DNA from: an uncultured bacterium
Lineage (GTDB): Bacteria > Acidobacteriota > Thermoanaerobaculia > Multivoradales > JAHZIX01
Length of the DNA stretch: 64,000 nt
Direction of reading: 5' to 3'
Assembly (NCBI GenBank): GCA_965368975.1
Contig: CBDUPA010000003.1
Coordinates: 128,001-192,000 of the forward strand
Below, in pieces: positions 42,759-52,736 of this stretch (its first letter is position 1; each line of letters begins with the position of its first letter). The translations under genes and the position numbers were made by a program. The notes beneath the pieces were generated by a model that worked only from the letters and a program-made list of their open reading frames with translations, ran no database searches and was not told the DNA's origin.

Positions 42759-43634
42759 TCAGGTTCGTTCCAATTCGTAGTAACAGAGCGCGGCGGGATC
42801 CTTAGAACCGGTCCGGCACAGGCGGGCGACGATGTAGCCGTGACTCAAATAGTACGGCAGCGCCCGCCGAGTCGCATGACGATACCGGATCGCCATTGCG
42901 GCGTCGATCTCTTTGAGCGCCTGGATGTCGCCCGGGATCGCGATACGCACGAAGGTGCTCAGGGGCAACTCGACGCTCTCGTCGGCGGCGTCGCTGTCCA
43001 GTACCGGTGCCTCGTCCCAGGCTGCTTCACGTTCACGTTCGCCGACCGGATCGCGATTCAGGTCCCACGCCGCGATCAGGCGGTCGGTGCCGATGCCCCG
43101 GTGCAAGGGACTGCTGGAGCCGTCACCGTAGATGTTCACCACGTACTCTTGCATTCGACAGTGCAGTCGATTGATGTTCAGATAGGCGTTGCGGGCGACG
43201 AGCGGGTCGAAGGTCCAGTTCATCTCCGCCACGCCGAGGTCCACCAACTGGTCGCGCTGGTATTGCTTCAACATCGTACCCACGCCCCGGTTGCGCCACT
43301 GCAGATCGACGGCCAGCATGTGTGACCAATGAATCAGTTTGCCCTTGCGCAGGCCCGTGAGGCCATACACCATTCCGATCAGGTGTCCATCGGCGTCGAA
43401 GGCACCGGCAGCCACGCCGCCGAGCTTGCGGCAAATCATGAACAGAGCCGGAGGGACACATTCGGGGTAGTCCTGCCCCCAGGTACGTCGCTGCATCTCC
43501 ACGGCAGCTCGAAAGTCCTCCTGGCTATCCAGGTCGCGCAGGGTCGGCGGCGCTTGACTGACGGGCCTGGATGGTGACTCGGCTGAGTCCCGCGACTGTG
43601 GCCTCGGGGCTCCGGATGCGTTGGTGTCACTCAT
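42759..43634 (-). CDS. GNAT family protein, probable succinyl-CoA:D-amino acid N-succinyltransferase
   Basis: WSHMLAV, RNRGVG, WTFDPLVARNAYLN and TDRL motifs; stop codon 1 nt before the NSAR ATG (TGAGATG). Confidence 0.85.
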   Translation of the reverse strand: MSDTNASGAPRPQSRDSAESPSRPVSQAPPTLRDLDSQEDFRAAVEMQRRTWGQDYPECVPPALFMICRKLGGVAAGAFDADGHLIGMVYGLTGLRKGKLIHWSHMLAVDLQWRNRGVGTMLKQYQRDQLVDLGVAEMNWTFDPLVARNAYLNINRLHCRMQEYVVNIYGDGSSSPLHRGIGTDRLIAAWDLNRDPVGEREREAAWDEAPVLDSDAADESVELPLSTFVRIAIPGDIQALKEIDAAMAIRYRHATRRALPYYLSHGYIVARLCRTGSKDPAALCYYELERT

Positions 43635-43719
43635 GGTACGCGGTATTCTACGTCAACATCGGGTGCTCGTATACCCATTTCCGATACCTAGAGAGTCTAG
43701 AAAGGATAGTAGAATTCCT

Positions 43720-44634
43720 TTGAAGGTTACTTTTATCAGCCGTAAGGGAGGTGTCGGCAAGACCACGAGCGCGGTCAATCTGGCCGCGGAGCTGGCCGCA
43801 CTAGGGCATCGTGTGTTGCTCATCGACCTCGATGCACAGTGTTCGGCTTCGTTGTCGCTGGGGGTCGAACGCCGGTTCCTAGCTCCCTCGATATCGGACG
43901 TCTTGACCTCTGAGCGCACGCTCGTCGAGGTCATCCGGCCATCGTCGGTCCCTGGCCTCGATTTGGTCACCGGTTCGGTCGATCTCGCCGACCTGGAATT
44001 GCGCATGCTGCAGGTTCCGAAGCGCGAGCAACTTCTGCGGCGCATATTCGATGCCGAAGAGCTGGAGTACGACTTCGTCCTGTTCGACTGTCCCGCTGGC
44101 CTCGGACTGCTACCACGTGCGTCGCTCCTGGCCGCCGAGGTGTTTCTCATCCCGATCGCACCCCAGTTCCTGATCCTCGACGGTCTGAACAACTTCCTGG
44201 CTGCGATCGGCCGCCACTGCCAACGCTTGCAGGTGCGTCCACGCCTGCTCGGCGTGCTGTTGACGCAGGTGGATTACCGGGTCAACGTTACCCGCCAGTA
44301 TGTCAACGAGTTGCGCTCAGACTACGGCAGCTGGATCTTCGGCGTCGAGGTGCGCACCAATGTGCGTGTCGCAGAGGCGCCCAGTTATGGAGTACCTGTG
44401 CGCGAGTATGCGCCCAAGTCGACCGGTGCCGCGGCTTACCGTCTACTGGCCGAGGAGTTCCTGATGCGCTGCGAAGGGAGGGAAGACGTAGCGGTGGAGA
44501 CGGCGCAGCCGGTTGCTGGACATCGAGTCACCGTTACGCCGGCGGGGAAGGGCGGGGAAACTGAAAGGGGGCAAAAATATGCCCGCCATCCGCTTGGAGC
44601 GGCGGCGGGCAAAGCCGTTGTTCCTCTCACATGA
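43720..44634 (+). CDS. ParA/Soj family ATPase (orphan, no parB in window)
   Basis: Deviant Walker A KGGVGKTT, LIDLDAQ, FDCPAGLG and EAPSYG. Probable TTG start at 43720 after AAAGGA; the longer ORF would overlap the divergent GNAT start. Confidence 0.9.
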   Translation: MKVTFISRKGGVGKTTSAVNLAAELAALGHRVLLIDLDAQCSASLSLGVERRFLAPSISDVLTSERTLVEVIRPSSVPGLDLVTGSVDLADLELRMLQVPKREQLLRRIFDAEELEYDFVLFDCPAGLGLLPRASLLAAEVFLIPIAPQFLILDGLNNFLAAIGRHCQRLQVRPRLLGVLLTQVDYRVNVTRQYVNELRSDYGSWIFGVEVRTNVRVAEAPSYGVPVREYAPKSTGAAAYRLLAEEFLMRCEGREDVAVETAQPVAGHRVTVTPAGKGGETERGQKYARHPLGAAAGKAVVPLT

Positions 44635-44699
44635 TGAGACAGGCACGATCGGCGAAATTCTCGGTTCCTCGGGAGTTCTGGGCGGGATTCCAAAGGTTT

Positions 44700-44729
44700 T
44701 TGACATCGCCTGCTTGGTTATGCCACGAT
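44700..44729 (+). promoter_or_regulatory. Possible sigma70 promoter for the diguanylate cyclase
   Basis: Perfect TTGACA at 44700-44705 and TG-c-CACGAT -10 with an 18-nt spacer, about 45 nt upstream of the start. Confidence 0.4.
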
Positions 44730-44776
44730 CCACAGGTTGTTGTTGAAATTACCTGAATGACCGACAAGGGATCTTG

Positions 44777-45703
44777 ATGATCGACCCTGCTTCCAACTCG
44801 TTGCGCGTCCTGATCGTGGATGACGACGCGGTTGACCGCTTGGCGGTGCGCAGAATTCTCGAACGGAAGCAGATCGCACACACGATCGAAGAGCGAGGCT
44901 ACCTCGTGGACGGTCTGAAGGCTGTCGAAGAAGGCAAGTTCGACGTGGCGCTGGTGGACCACAACCTGCCTGACGGCGACGCCTTCGGTTTCTTACGTTC
45001 GCTGGATGAACGAGCTCTGCACGGCCCGCCGGTCGTGGTGATGACCGGCGCCGAGCAAGAGGAGCTCGGGCTCGAACTCTTGGCCGCTGGCGCGCAGGAT
45101 TACCTGCTCAAGGGGGACATCAACCGCAGTAGCCTGGAACGCGCGCTGCGCTACGCTGTTGAGCGTCACCGCATCCAGCGGCAGCTCGACGAAGCCAACG
45201 AGCGCTTGGAAGCGTTGAGTCGCCAGGATCCCCTGACCGAGGTGCTCAACCGTCGCGGTCTGGAAGCGTTGTTGAACGTGGAGCGCAGCCGTTCGCAGCG
45301 TCGTGGTCTCGACCTGGTGGCCCTGTTGATCGACTGCGACGACTTCAAGCGCATCAACGACGAACTCGGCCACGCAGCTGGCGACCAGGTGCTGATGCAG
45401 ATCGCCGAGTTGCTGGGCGAGGCGACGCGCGCCGTGGATCACGTGGCGCGCATCGGCGGTGACGAGTTTCTGATCCTGGTCTCTGAGACGCACTTGGATG
45501 CGGCCCTCGAGGTTGCTGAGCGGGTGCGTCGCAAGGTCTCCGAGAAGCCGCTCAGCGTGCCCGGCGGCGAGGTCGAGATGACGGTGAGTATCGGTGCCGC
45601 CAACGTCACCTATGCACCCGATGTGCACAGCCTGGTGATCGCGACGCAGGAAGCCCTGCGTCAGGCGAAGCAGAAGGGCAAAGACCGGGTGATGGCGGGC
45701 TGA
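44777..45703 (+). CDS. Response-regulator diguanylate cyclase (REC-GGDEF)
   Basis: REC IVDDD, LVDHNLP, MTG and YLLK; DPLT, DDFKRINDELGH; I-site RAVD five residues before an intact GGDEF. Confidence 0.95.
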   Translation: MIDPASNSLRVLIVDDDAVDRLAVRRILERKQIAHTIEERGYLVDGLKAVEEGKFDVALVDHNLPDGDAFGFLRSLDERALHGPPVVVMTGAEQEELGLELLAAGAQDYLLKGDINRSSLERALRYAVERHRIQRQLDEANERLEALSRQDPLTEVLNRRGLEALLNVERSRSQRRGLDLVALLIDCDDFKRINDELGHAAGDQVLMQIAELLGEATRAVDHVARIGGDEFLILVSETHLDAALEVAERVRRKVSEKPLSVPGGEVEMTVSIGAANVTYAPDVHSLVIATQEALRQAKQKGKDRVMAG

Positions 45704-45740
45704 GCCCGCCATCGAAATCCCCACCTCTGACAGGATGTCG

Positions 45741-48700
45741 CTAGGGGACGACGGTCCAGCCCCCGAGAGTGCCAGACTCGAAGTCGTCGCTCTTGAGCAT
45801 CTGCAGCACTCGGGGAGCGAGTGCGAAGTCGGCTCGGATCGGAGTATCGCCGGTGAGCTGCAGTGAGTAGCCCTGGTCCGGATCGCATTGACCGGCGAAG
45901 GCTGAGCCATTCGGACAATCGACGCCCACGTAGACCTGTTCGGCGTACCCCAGGCTGTTGCGGGATGAGACGAGATAGGTACTCGTATCCAGCGCCTGGT
46001 AGTAGTGACCGTTCGCGTTCGTGGTAGCCGTAGCGACCAGGGTCGAGTCCTGGGCGTTCCAGATGTCGATCTGCACGTTCTCCAAGGCTGCACCGGTGCC
46101 AGCATCCTTGACGTACCCGTAGAGACCCACCTGTGCCGGGTACTCGACCAGCTGTATGTTCGGTGTCGCCAGATGCGGAGCGGTCATGATCTGCTTACCT
46201 TTGGCTGGGTCACATTGCTGGGAGTAGTACGCGCTGACGCCCAACGGGCACAGGATGCCGTCGTACAGCGTCGGGATCGCAGTCGAGAGTGACGGATCCG
46301 AGCTGACGGTGTAGGTACCCTCGAGGCCGGTGAATCGGAAGTAGCCGTCCGCATCCGTATAGGCACTGGTTGGATTGAAGGGGTTCGGTTGACTGTCCCA
46401 GGCTTCGATTCGCCGCGAAGCGACGCCGGAGCCGTCCACCGCGCTGACCAACCGGCCGGTCAGTACGCCGCGCGGCGCGAGCACGAAGTCGATGGCGGTG
46501 ATCTGCTCGTCTGTGGAGACCGTGAAAACGGTGCCAGTGGTGACGTCGCAGCCGGGAGCAGTGCCGTTGAACGGGCAGGTGACACCGTCGAAGAGCTCAC
46601 CATAGTAGGAGTCGCTGGCGGCAGTGATCGTGTACATGCCTGCCGCGCCTCGCAGCGTGTAGGAGTTGTTGAGGTTTGTTGTCGCGTCGACCTGGTTCCC
46701 GTCTTCGTCCCACAAGCGGACCACGGCGCCATACGCGTTGCCGCCGGTCTCGGTGTCCAAGACGGTGCCGGAGAACGTCGTCCAGGTTTCGAGCTGGAAG
46801 TCGAACCTTCCCAGAGTCGTACCGACCTGGGGGTGGACTGGCGTCCCGTCCGAGATGGGACAGCTGCCGTTCGGCGGACAGTGGACGTTCGGGTAGACCT
46901 CGTTGATGTACCTGGAATCGCAGCCAATACACTTCAAGGCCAGGAGAGTCACCGGCTTGGCAGGGAGTTGGTTCAGCTCGTAGTCACCGTTCGCGTCGGT
47001 CACGTCGCCAGCCACGTAGAAGTCGGGAAGGTCCGGGTCGAACGCGTAGACGTACCAGCGATACAACGGATTTCCCGAGGCGTTGGTGACTCGGCCAGAG
47101 AGCCTGCCGCCTTCCTGCAGCTGCAGATCGATACCGGCGCGGTGTGCGCCGAGAGTCAGCTCGATGTCGACGCCATCTTCGAGGTCGCAGATACCGTTGG
47201 GGCCCAAGCACTGCCCATCCGGGTAGATCTCGTAGAGGTAGCCATTGCCTCCGGCCTCTAAGAAGTAACTTCGCGGACCGAGACCTTGGAAGCTGTACTG
47301 ACCCAGCGTGTCGGTGTACGTCGAACTCATGATGGTGTTCGGTGCGACTCGTAGCTTCACGCGTACCCCGGCTATCGGATTGTCTTCGGTATCCCGAATG
47401 GTACCGGAGATACGGCCAATGTTGCGCAGCTGAAAGTCGATGCCGCTGGTCTCCGTGTGGACCTGCACGGCGACGCGCGTGGCACTGGCGAGATCGCAGC
47501 CGCCGAGAAGCTCACACTCGATTCCGTCGTAGTACTGAGACAGAAAACCGTATCTGCTGGCCTTGACCACGTACTCGCCTGCTGCGAGGCCGCGCTGTAG
47601 GTACGTACCTTGGCTGTCGGTGTAGGCGCGGCCGATCCAGTAGCCGTCCGGGTTCTGAATCTCGACCTCGGCGCCCGCGATGGGAAGGCCATCCTGTTCG
47701 ATGACGGTGCCGCTGATCGCTCCCATGGAGGACAGCTGCATATCGATTCCCGTGACCGTCTGCCCGCTGCTGACTGCGATAGCGGCACCATTGGTTACCC
47801 CGCAGATGGTTGGATCACTCGGACAGTCCAACCCGTTGTAGATCTGACCGATGTAGTACGCCAGCTCGGCGCTGACGTAGTACGTGCCCGCCGGAAGTTT
47901 TTCGAACGCAAAGCTGCCATCGGCTGCCGAAAAGATCCGGTGCAAGTAGTCTCCTTGCGCATCCCAAAGCTCGATTCGCGCTCTGTCGAGTCCCTGCCCC
48001 TCGGGATCGGTGACCATGCCTTGGATGCGCGCCGCGGCGACCAGATCGAAATCGATGCCAGACACGGTCCCGGCTGCAGGAGTGTGCACGGTCTCACCGG
48101 CGTCGACGTCGCACGAGTAGACGCAGGGTTGGTCCCGGTACAGTTCGTCCACGTAGTCGCCGGAGCTCGAAGTGCGAAGCTTGAATCCTTCGTACGGGTA
48201 GTATGAATCCTTGGTGGCCGTCACCGTGTAGCTGCCGTCGGAGTTGGTTGTGGTGCTGCGTTGGAAGTAGCCGTCACTATAAAGGTTCACCTGCACATTC
48301 TGCAGCGGAGCTGCATTCGCCTGTGCGGTTACCGTGCCGCTGATCTCCCCCCCCCCGTTCCGTAGTTGAGTTGGTACTGGCCGCCGCTTCCCTCGAAGCT
48401 GCTGATGCGAATCCAGAGACTCTGGTTGGTGGAGAGTTGGGCACCCAGCGCGGACTGCAGCCCGAAAGCATCGTCATTGCAGGAAACCTGGTTGTTGGCG
48501 GTTCCTGGGCATTCGAGATGTACTGACAGGACGGTGTCGAAGTCGGATCCGATCGTGTCAGCTGCGAATCGAAGGTACGAGGGCGAGCTGACGCGGTACC
48601 AGACGTCGCCATCGCCTTGGCCTCCGCAGCCAGTACTACCATCGAGGGTGGCTCCCGCGAGCGAACCGGTGTAGCTACCGAAGGCAATCAGCGGAGCGGT

Positions 48701-49114
48701 CTCGCAGGTATCCGAACCCGGCTGCGCGATGATGGCCTTCTCGGCGATGAGCGGGGGCGACACGAGCGCTCGCATCGCCTGGACTTCGCCCTCCGCGCGC
48801 GTCTCGCTTGTGGCACACATCGTCTCGGCCGCACGCTGTAGGTTTTCGACCAGCGGTAGTAGCGCGTCGAACTTGGGCGCCAGCTCGGAGAGGTCGGTGC
48901 GTAGGAGTAGCCACTTGGCCTCGAAGCTCCGGCTCGCCGCGCGCGCTTCTTCGCAGGTCGAGAGATCTGCGGTGGCGATGCGGTGCAGCACGCGGCGCAG
49001 TTCGTCGTCGAAGTCCTGCAGTTGATCGGCTGGCGTGCTAGCTCGAGCCGTGCTGGTGCAGCAAACGACGAGGGCAAAGAGTGTGAGCCCACGAAGGGCG
49101 ATGCCGAAACGCAT
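45741..49114 (-). pseudogene. Secreted Cys-loop beta-sandwich repeat protein (array copy 1), split by a frameshift in a G10 tract (ORFs 48329-49114 and 45741-48296)
   Basis: ORF 48329-49114 matches the N-terminal part of the 49270-52668 paralog and ORF 45741-48296 matches the rest. Homology switches frame at the C10/G10 run (48347-48356). Ends LKSDDFESGTLGGWTVVP. It may be phase-variable, a true pseudogene or a sequencing error. Confidence 0.85.
48347..48356 (-). repeat. G10 homopolymer at the frameshift site
   Basis: The plus strand reads TGATCT-CCCCCCCCCC-GTTC. G8 (YGTGGEISGTVT) or G11 restores the frame; the paralog reads YGIGGSIAGTVT. Confidence 0.95.
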
Positions 49115-49144
49115 GGGGGGTCTCCAAAAGTTGTTCGGGAAGGT

Positions 49145-49170
49145 GCTCGGGACGGACTTGCGTCCCGAGC
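49145..49170. other. Perfect 10-bp stem-loop between array copies 2 and 1
   Basis: GCTCGGGACG-GACTTG-CGTCCCGAGC, 30 nt upstream of the ATG at 49114; no adjacent U-tract. Confidence 0.55.
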
Positions 49171-49269
49171 GTGTGCACTCGTCTCTTTAGACAGCCACTG
49201 TGCTTCGTTTTTGCACCATGAAGCGCACTTTGTCTTCTGCAACTTCCATTTTCAGCTGACTGGCGTAGC

Positions 49270-52200
49270 TCAGGGCAGTGCTGGCTCGACCGTCCAGCCA
49301 TCTAGCGTGCCGGACTCGAAGCCGTCGCGCTTGAGCACCTCTCGGGGCGTGAGCGCGAAGTCGGCTCGGATCGGAATGTTGCCGGTGAGGTCCAGCGTAT
49401 AGCCCTGGTTCGGCTGGCACGGGCCGTAGAAGGCGGAGCCGGCGAGGCAGGCGACTCCGACATAGACCTGTTCCACGTGGCCCGGGCTGTTGCGAGTGGA
49501 GACGAAGTACGTCCCGACGCTCAGCGCTTGGTAGTAGTGACCGTTCGCGTCCGTGGTGGCGGTGGCGGCCAGGGTCGAGTCCTGGGCGTTCCAGATGTCG
49601 ACGGCCACACCCGCCAGTCCGTCGCCGGAGGTCTCGTCTGTCACGTAGCCGTAGAGTCCCACCTGTTGCGGATACTCCATCATCAGGATGCTCGGCGCAG
49701 CTTGGTTGGCGCCGATCACGATCGGCTTGCCTTTGGCGGGCTCGCATTCTCTGGAATAGTAGGAACTTACACCGAGTGGGCACAAGATACCGTCGAACAA
49801 GGTCGGGATAGCATTGCTAGGCGGATCGGTGCTCACCGTGAAGGTGCCGACGAGACCAGTGAAGCGGAAGTAGCCGTCGGCATCGGTATAGACCGAGGGA
49901 GGACTGAACGGGCTGGGCTGCAGATCCCATGCTTCGATGAGCCGGGAAGCGACGCCGGAGCCATCGACCGCGCTGACCAACCGTCCCGTGAGTACGCCGC
50001 GCGGCTCGAGCACGAAGTCGATGTCGGTGATCTGCTGATCTGTCGATACATTGAAAACCGTGCCGGTGGTGACGTCGCAAGTAGGGACTCTGCCGTTGAA
50101 TGGACAGGCGATGTCATCGAAAACTTCGCCATGGTAGGAGTCGCTGGCGGCGGTGACCGTGAACTTGCCGCTGGCGCCTCGCAGGGTGAACGGGTTGCCG
50201 GAACTGGTCCTAGCCCAATCTACCTGGTTGCCGTTCTCGTCCCAGAGGCGGATCTCGGTATACCTTGCCTTGCCTCCGGTCTCCGAATCGTAAATGGTAC
50301 CCGTGAAGGTGGTCCACATCCCGATCTGAAAGTCGAAGCTGCCCAGACTCGTTTCGACCTGAGGCGTGACGCGCAGTCCGTCGGTGATGGGGCAGCTGCG
50401 GTCTGGCAGGCAGTGGACGTTCGGGTAGATCTCGTTGATGTACTCGGAGCTACATCCGGAACACCTCGAGGCCTTGAGGTAGACAGGCGTGGGGGGTAGG
50501 TGTTCGAGTACATAGTTTCCGTTTATGTCGGTCAACGCGAAAGCCAGGTTGTAGTCGATGGTGTTCGGGTCAAAGGCATACACCCCCCAACGATGGAGAG
50601 GCGCGCCGGTAGTATCGGTGATCCGGCCGAACAAGCGACCACCTTCCTGCAACTGCAGGTCGATACCGCTGCGATGGGCGCCGAGTGTCATCTCGATACC
50701 GGTCCCCTCTGCGAACTCACAGGTACCGTTGTTGCCCAGGCAGGGCCCGTCGGGATAGATCTCCCAGACATAGCCGTTGCCACCGGCCATCACGTAGTAC
50801 GTACCCTCTCCCAGGCCATCGAATTCGTACTGACCCAGAGCATCAGTGTAGGTCGAGTCCCGAATACTAGGCTCCGAGGTCCGCAGGTAGATGCGTATGT
50901 CGGCTAGCGGGTAGTTGTCGGTATCCCGGATGGAGCCGGAGATGCGACCGGTATTGTTCAGCTGGAAATCGATCCCTGCAGTCTCGGTGTCGGCCTGCAC
51001 CGTTATCCGCGTCGCGCTGGCGAGGTCACAGGACTCATTGCCGAGAAATCCGCATGGGAGGCCGTCGTAGTACTGGGACGAGAAGCCGTTTCTGCCGACC
51101 AGCACTAGATACTCTCCTGCTGCCAGACCTTGTTGTTCGTAGTGACCCTGGCTGTCCGTGGAGACCTGGGAGATCAAGGTGCCATCCGGAGTTTGAGTTT
51201 TGACGCTAGCGCTGGAGATCGGGGTGCCGTCCTGATCGACTACCGTGCCGCTGATCGAGCCCTCTTTACCCAGCTGCATGTCGATGCCGGTGACGCTCTG
51301 GCCGACGGCGACCGGGATGACGGTTCCGCGGGACAGAATACAGTTGGCAGTCAAGCCATGGGCGCAAGCCTGCCCGTCGTAGACTTCATTGACAAAACTA
51401 CTCGCATGAGACCTGACGAAGTACTTGCCCGCGGGGAGCCTGGTGAAGGCGTAGCTGCCATCAGCGGCCGAGAAGACCTGGTGCAGTTGCTCGCCCAGGT
51501 CATCCCACAGTTCGACCTCGATGTTCCGCAGACCCGTTCCCGAAGTGTCGGTGATCGTGCCCGCGATCCGCGCGGCCGGTGACAGTGCGAAGTCGATACC
51601 GGCGGCCGTACCACTTGCCGGTGGGGTTACTTCCTGGCCGAAGCCGGTGTTGCCGAGTTCCCGATCGCAGGGGGAGATGCACGGCTGGTCCTGGTAGACC
51701 TCGTCGATGTAGTCCTCGGAACCCGAGGCGCGAACCTTGAAGCCTTCGTAGTGCAGGCTACTGGTGGGAGCGCTGTAGCTGCCATCGGCGTCGGTGGTGA
51801 CGCTGCCGACAAAGGAGTAGTCGTGGTAGACGCTCACCTGCGCGCCCTCCAAGGGAGCCCCGTCGGCTTCCGCGGTGACCGTGCCGGCGATGCTACCCCC
51901 TATGCCGTAGTTCAGCTGATACTGGCCTCCGATCCCGTCGAAGCTGCTGATCCGGATCCACACACTCTGGTTGGCAGAGACCTCGGACAGCAAGGCCGAC
52001 TGCAGACCAGCGGTGTCGTCGTCGCACGCAATCTGGTTACTGGTCGTACCTGGGCACTCCAGGTGTACCGACACTACGGTGTCGAAGTCGGAGCCGAAGG
52101 TGTCGACCAGGAAGCGGAGGTACGAGGGCGAGTCGACGCGATACCACACGTCGCCGCTGCCCTGGCCGCCGCAGCCAGTGCTGCCGTCGAGCGTGGTTCC

Positions 52201-52668
52201 GAGGAGCGAGCCCGTGTAGCTGCCGAAGGCGATCAGCGGCGCCGTCTCGCAGGTGTCCGAGCCGGGCAGAGCCATGATGGCCTTGTCGACGCGCGGTATG
52301 CCCGGTGGCAACAGCAGTGAACGCATGGTTTGAAGCTCCCCGTCCGCGCGGGATGTACGCACGGAGCAGAGGGTCTCGGCGGCCCGGCGCAAGTTGCCGA
52401 CCAGCGGAGAAAGAGCGTCGAACTTCGACGCCAGCTCGGGTATCTCGGCGCGCAGCAGTCGCAGCTCGGCCTCGAAGGTACCGGCCGTCGCGCGCGCTGC
52501 TTCGCAGCTCGCGAGGTCCGCGGTGGCGATCCGGTGCAACGTCCGGTTCAGGTCGCGATCGAAGTCGCGCAGGCGCTCCTGGGGCGTGCTGCCCAGGGCC
52601 GTCGTGGTGCACAAGACGAGGCAGGCAAGGAGGATCGTCACGGGGCGGACACTGCTGTTGTAGCGCAT
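49270..52668 (-). CDS. Secreted Cys-loop repeat protein (array copy 2): signal peptide, helical pro-region, PPC-like domain, 8 carboxypeptidase-regulatory-like repeats, DxFESG tail
   Basis: ATG 52668 follows GGAG; SDTCETA...DVWY...DFDTVVSVH..CPG domain; 8 repeats of GxIxGxV...G.Y...Y-x-G-x-x-C-x(n)-C...IDFxL; ends LKRDGFESGTLDGWTVEPALP. Confidence 0.88.
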   Translation of the reverse strand: MRYNSSVRPVTILLACLVLCTTTALGSTPQERLRDFDRDLNRTLHRIATADLASCEAARATAGTFEAELRLLRAEIPELASKFDALSPLVGNLRRAAETLCSVRTSRADGELQTMRSLLLPPGIPRVDKAIMALPGSDTCETAPLIAFGSYTGSLLGTTLDGSTGCGGQGSGDVWYRVDSPSYLRFLVDTFGSDFDTVVSVHLECPGTTSNQIACDDDTAGLQSALLSEVSANQSVWIRISSFDGIGGQYQLNYGIGGSIAGTVTAEADGAPLEGAQVSVYHDYSFVGSVTTDADGSYSAPTSSLHYEGFKVRASGSEDYIDEVYQDQPCISPCDRELGNTGFGQEVTPPASGTAAGIDFALSPAARIAGTITDTSGTGLRNIEVELWDDLGEQLHQVFSAADGSYAFTRLPAGKYFVRSHASSFVNEVYDGQACAHGLTANCILSRGTVIPVAVGQSVTGIDMQLGKEGSISGTVVDQDGTPISSASVKTQTPDGTLISQVSTDSQGHYEQQGLAAGEYLVLVGRNGFSSQYYDGLPCGFLGNESCDLASATRITVQADTETAGIDFQLNNTGRISGSIRDTDNYPLADIRIYLRTSEPSIRDSTYTDALGQYEFDGLGEGTYYVMAGGNGYVWEIYPDGPCLGNNGTCEFAEGTGIEMTLGAHRSGIDLQLQEGGRLFGRITDTTGAPLHRWGVYAFDPNTIDYNLAFALTDINGNYVLEHLPPTPVYLKASRCSGCSSEYINEIYPNVHCLPDRSCPITDGLRVTPQVETSLGSFDFQIGMWTTFTGTIYDSETGGKARYTEIRLWDENGNQVDWARTSSGNPFTLRGASGKFTVTAASDSYHGEVFDDIACPFNGRVPTCDVTTGTVFNVSTDQQITDIDFVLEPRGVLTGRLVSAVDGSGVASRLIEAWDLQPSPFSPPSVYTDADGYFRFTGLVGTFTVSTDPPSNAIPTLFDGILCPLGVSSYYSRECEPAKGKPIVIGANQAAPSILMMEYPQQVGLYGYVTDETSGDGLAGVAVDIWNAQDSTLAATATTDANGHYYQALSVGTYFVSTRNSPGHVEQVYVGVACLAGSAFYGPCQPNQGYTLDLTGNIPIRADFALTPREVLKRDGFESGTLDGWTVEPALP

Positions 52669-52736
52669 GTAGATCTCCAAACGTTCATCGGATTGCGTCG
52701 AGAGAGGAAGTCGACTCGACGTGAGAATTCATTTTG

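Noticed and set aside
43621-43719. N-terminal extensions of ORF-track calls (ParA, meaB, rimO, trxA, M12, S8, array copies 2 and 4)
   Set aside because: Downstream starts fit RBS position, signal peptides or family N-termini better.
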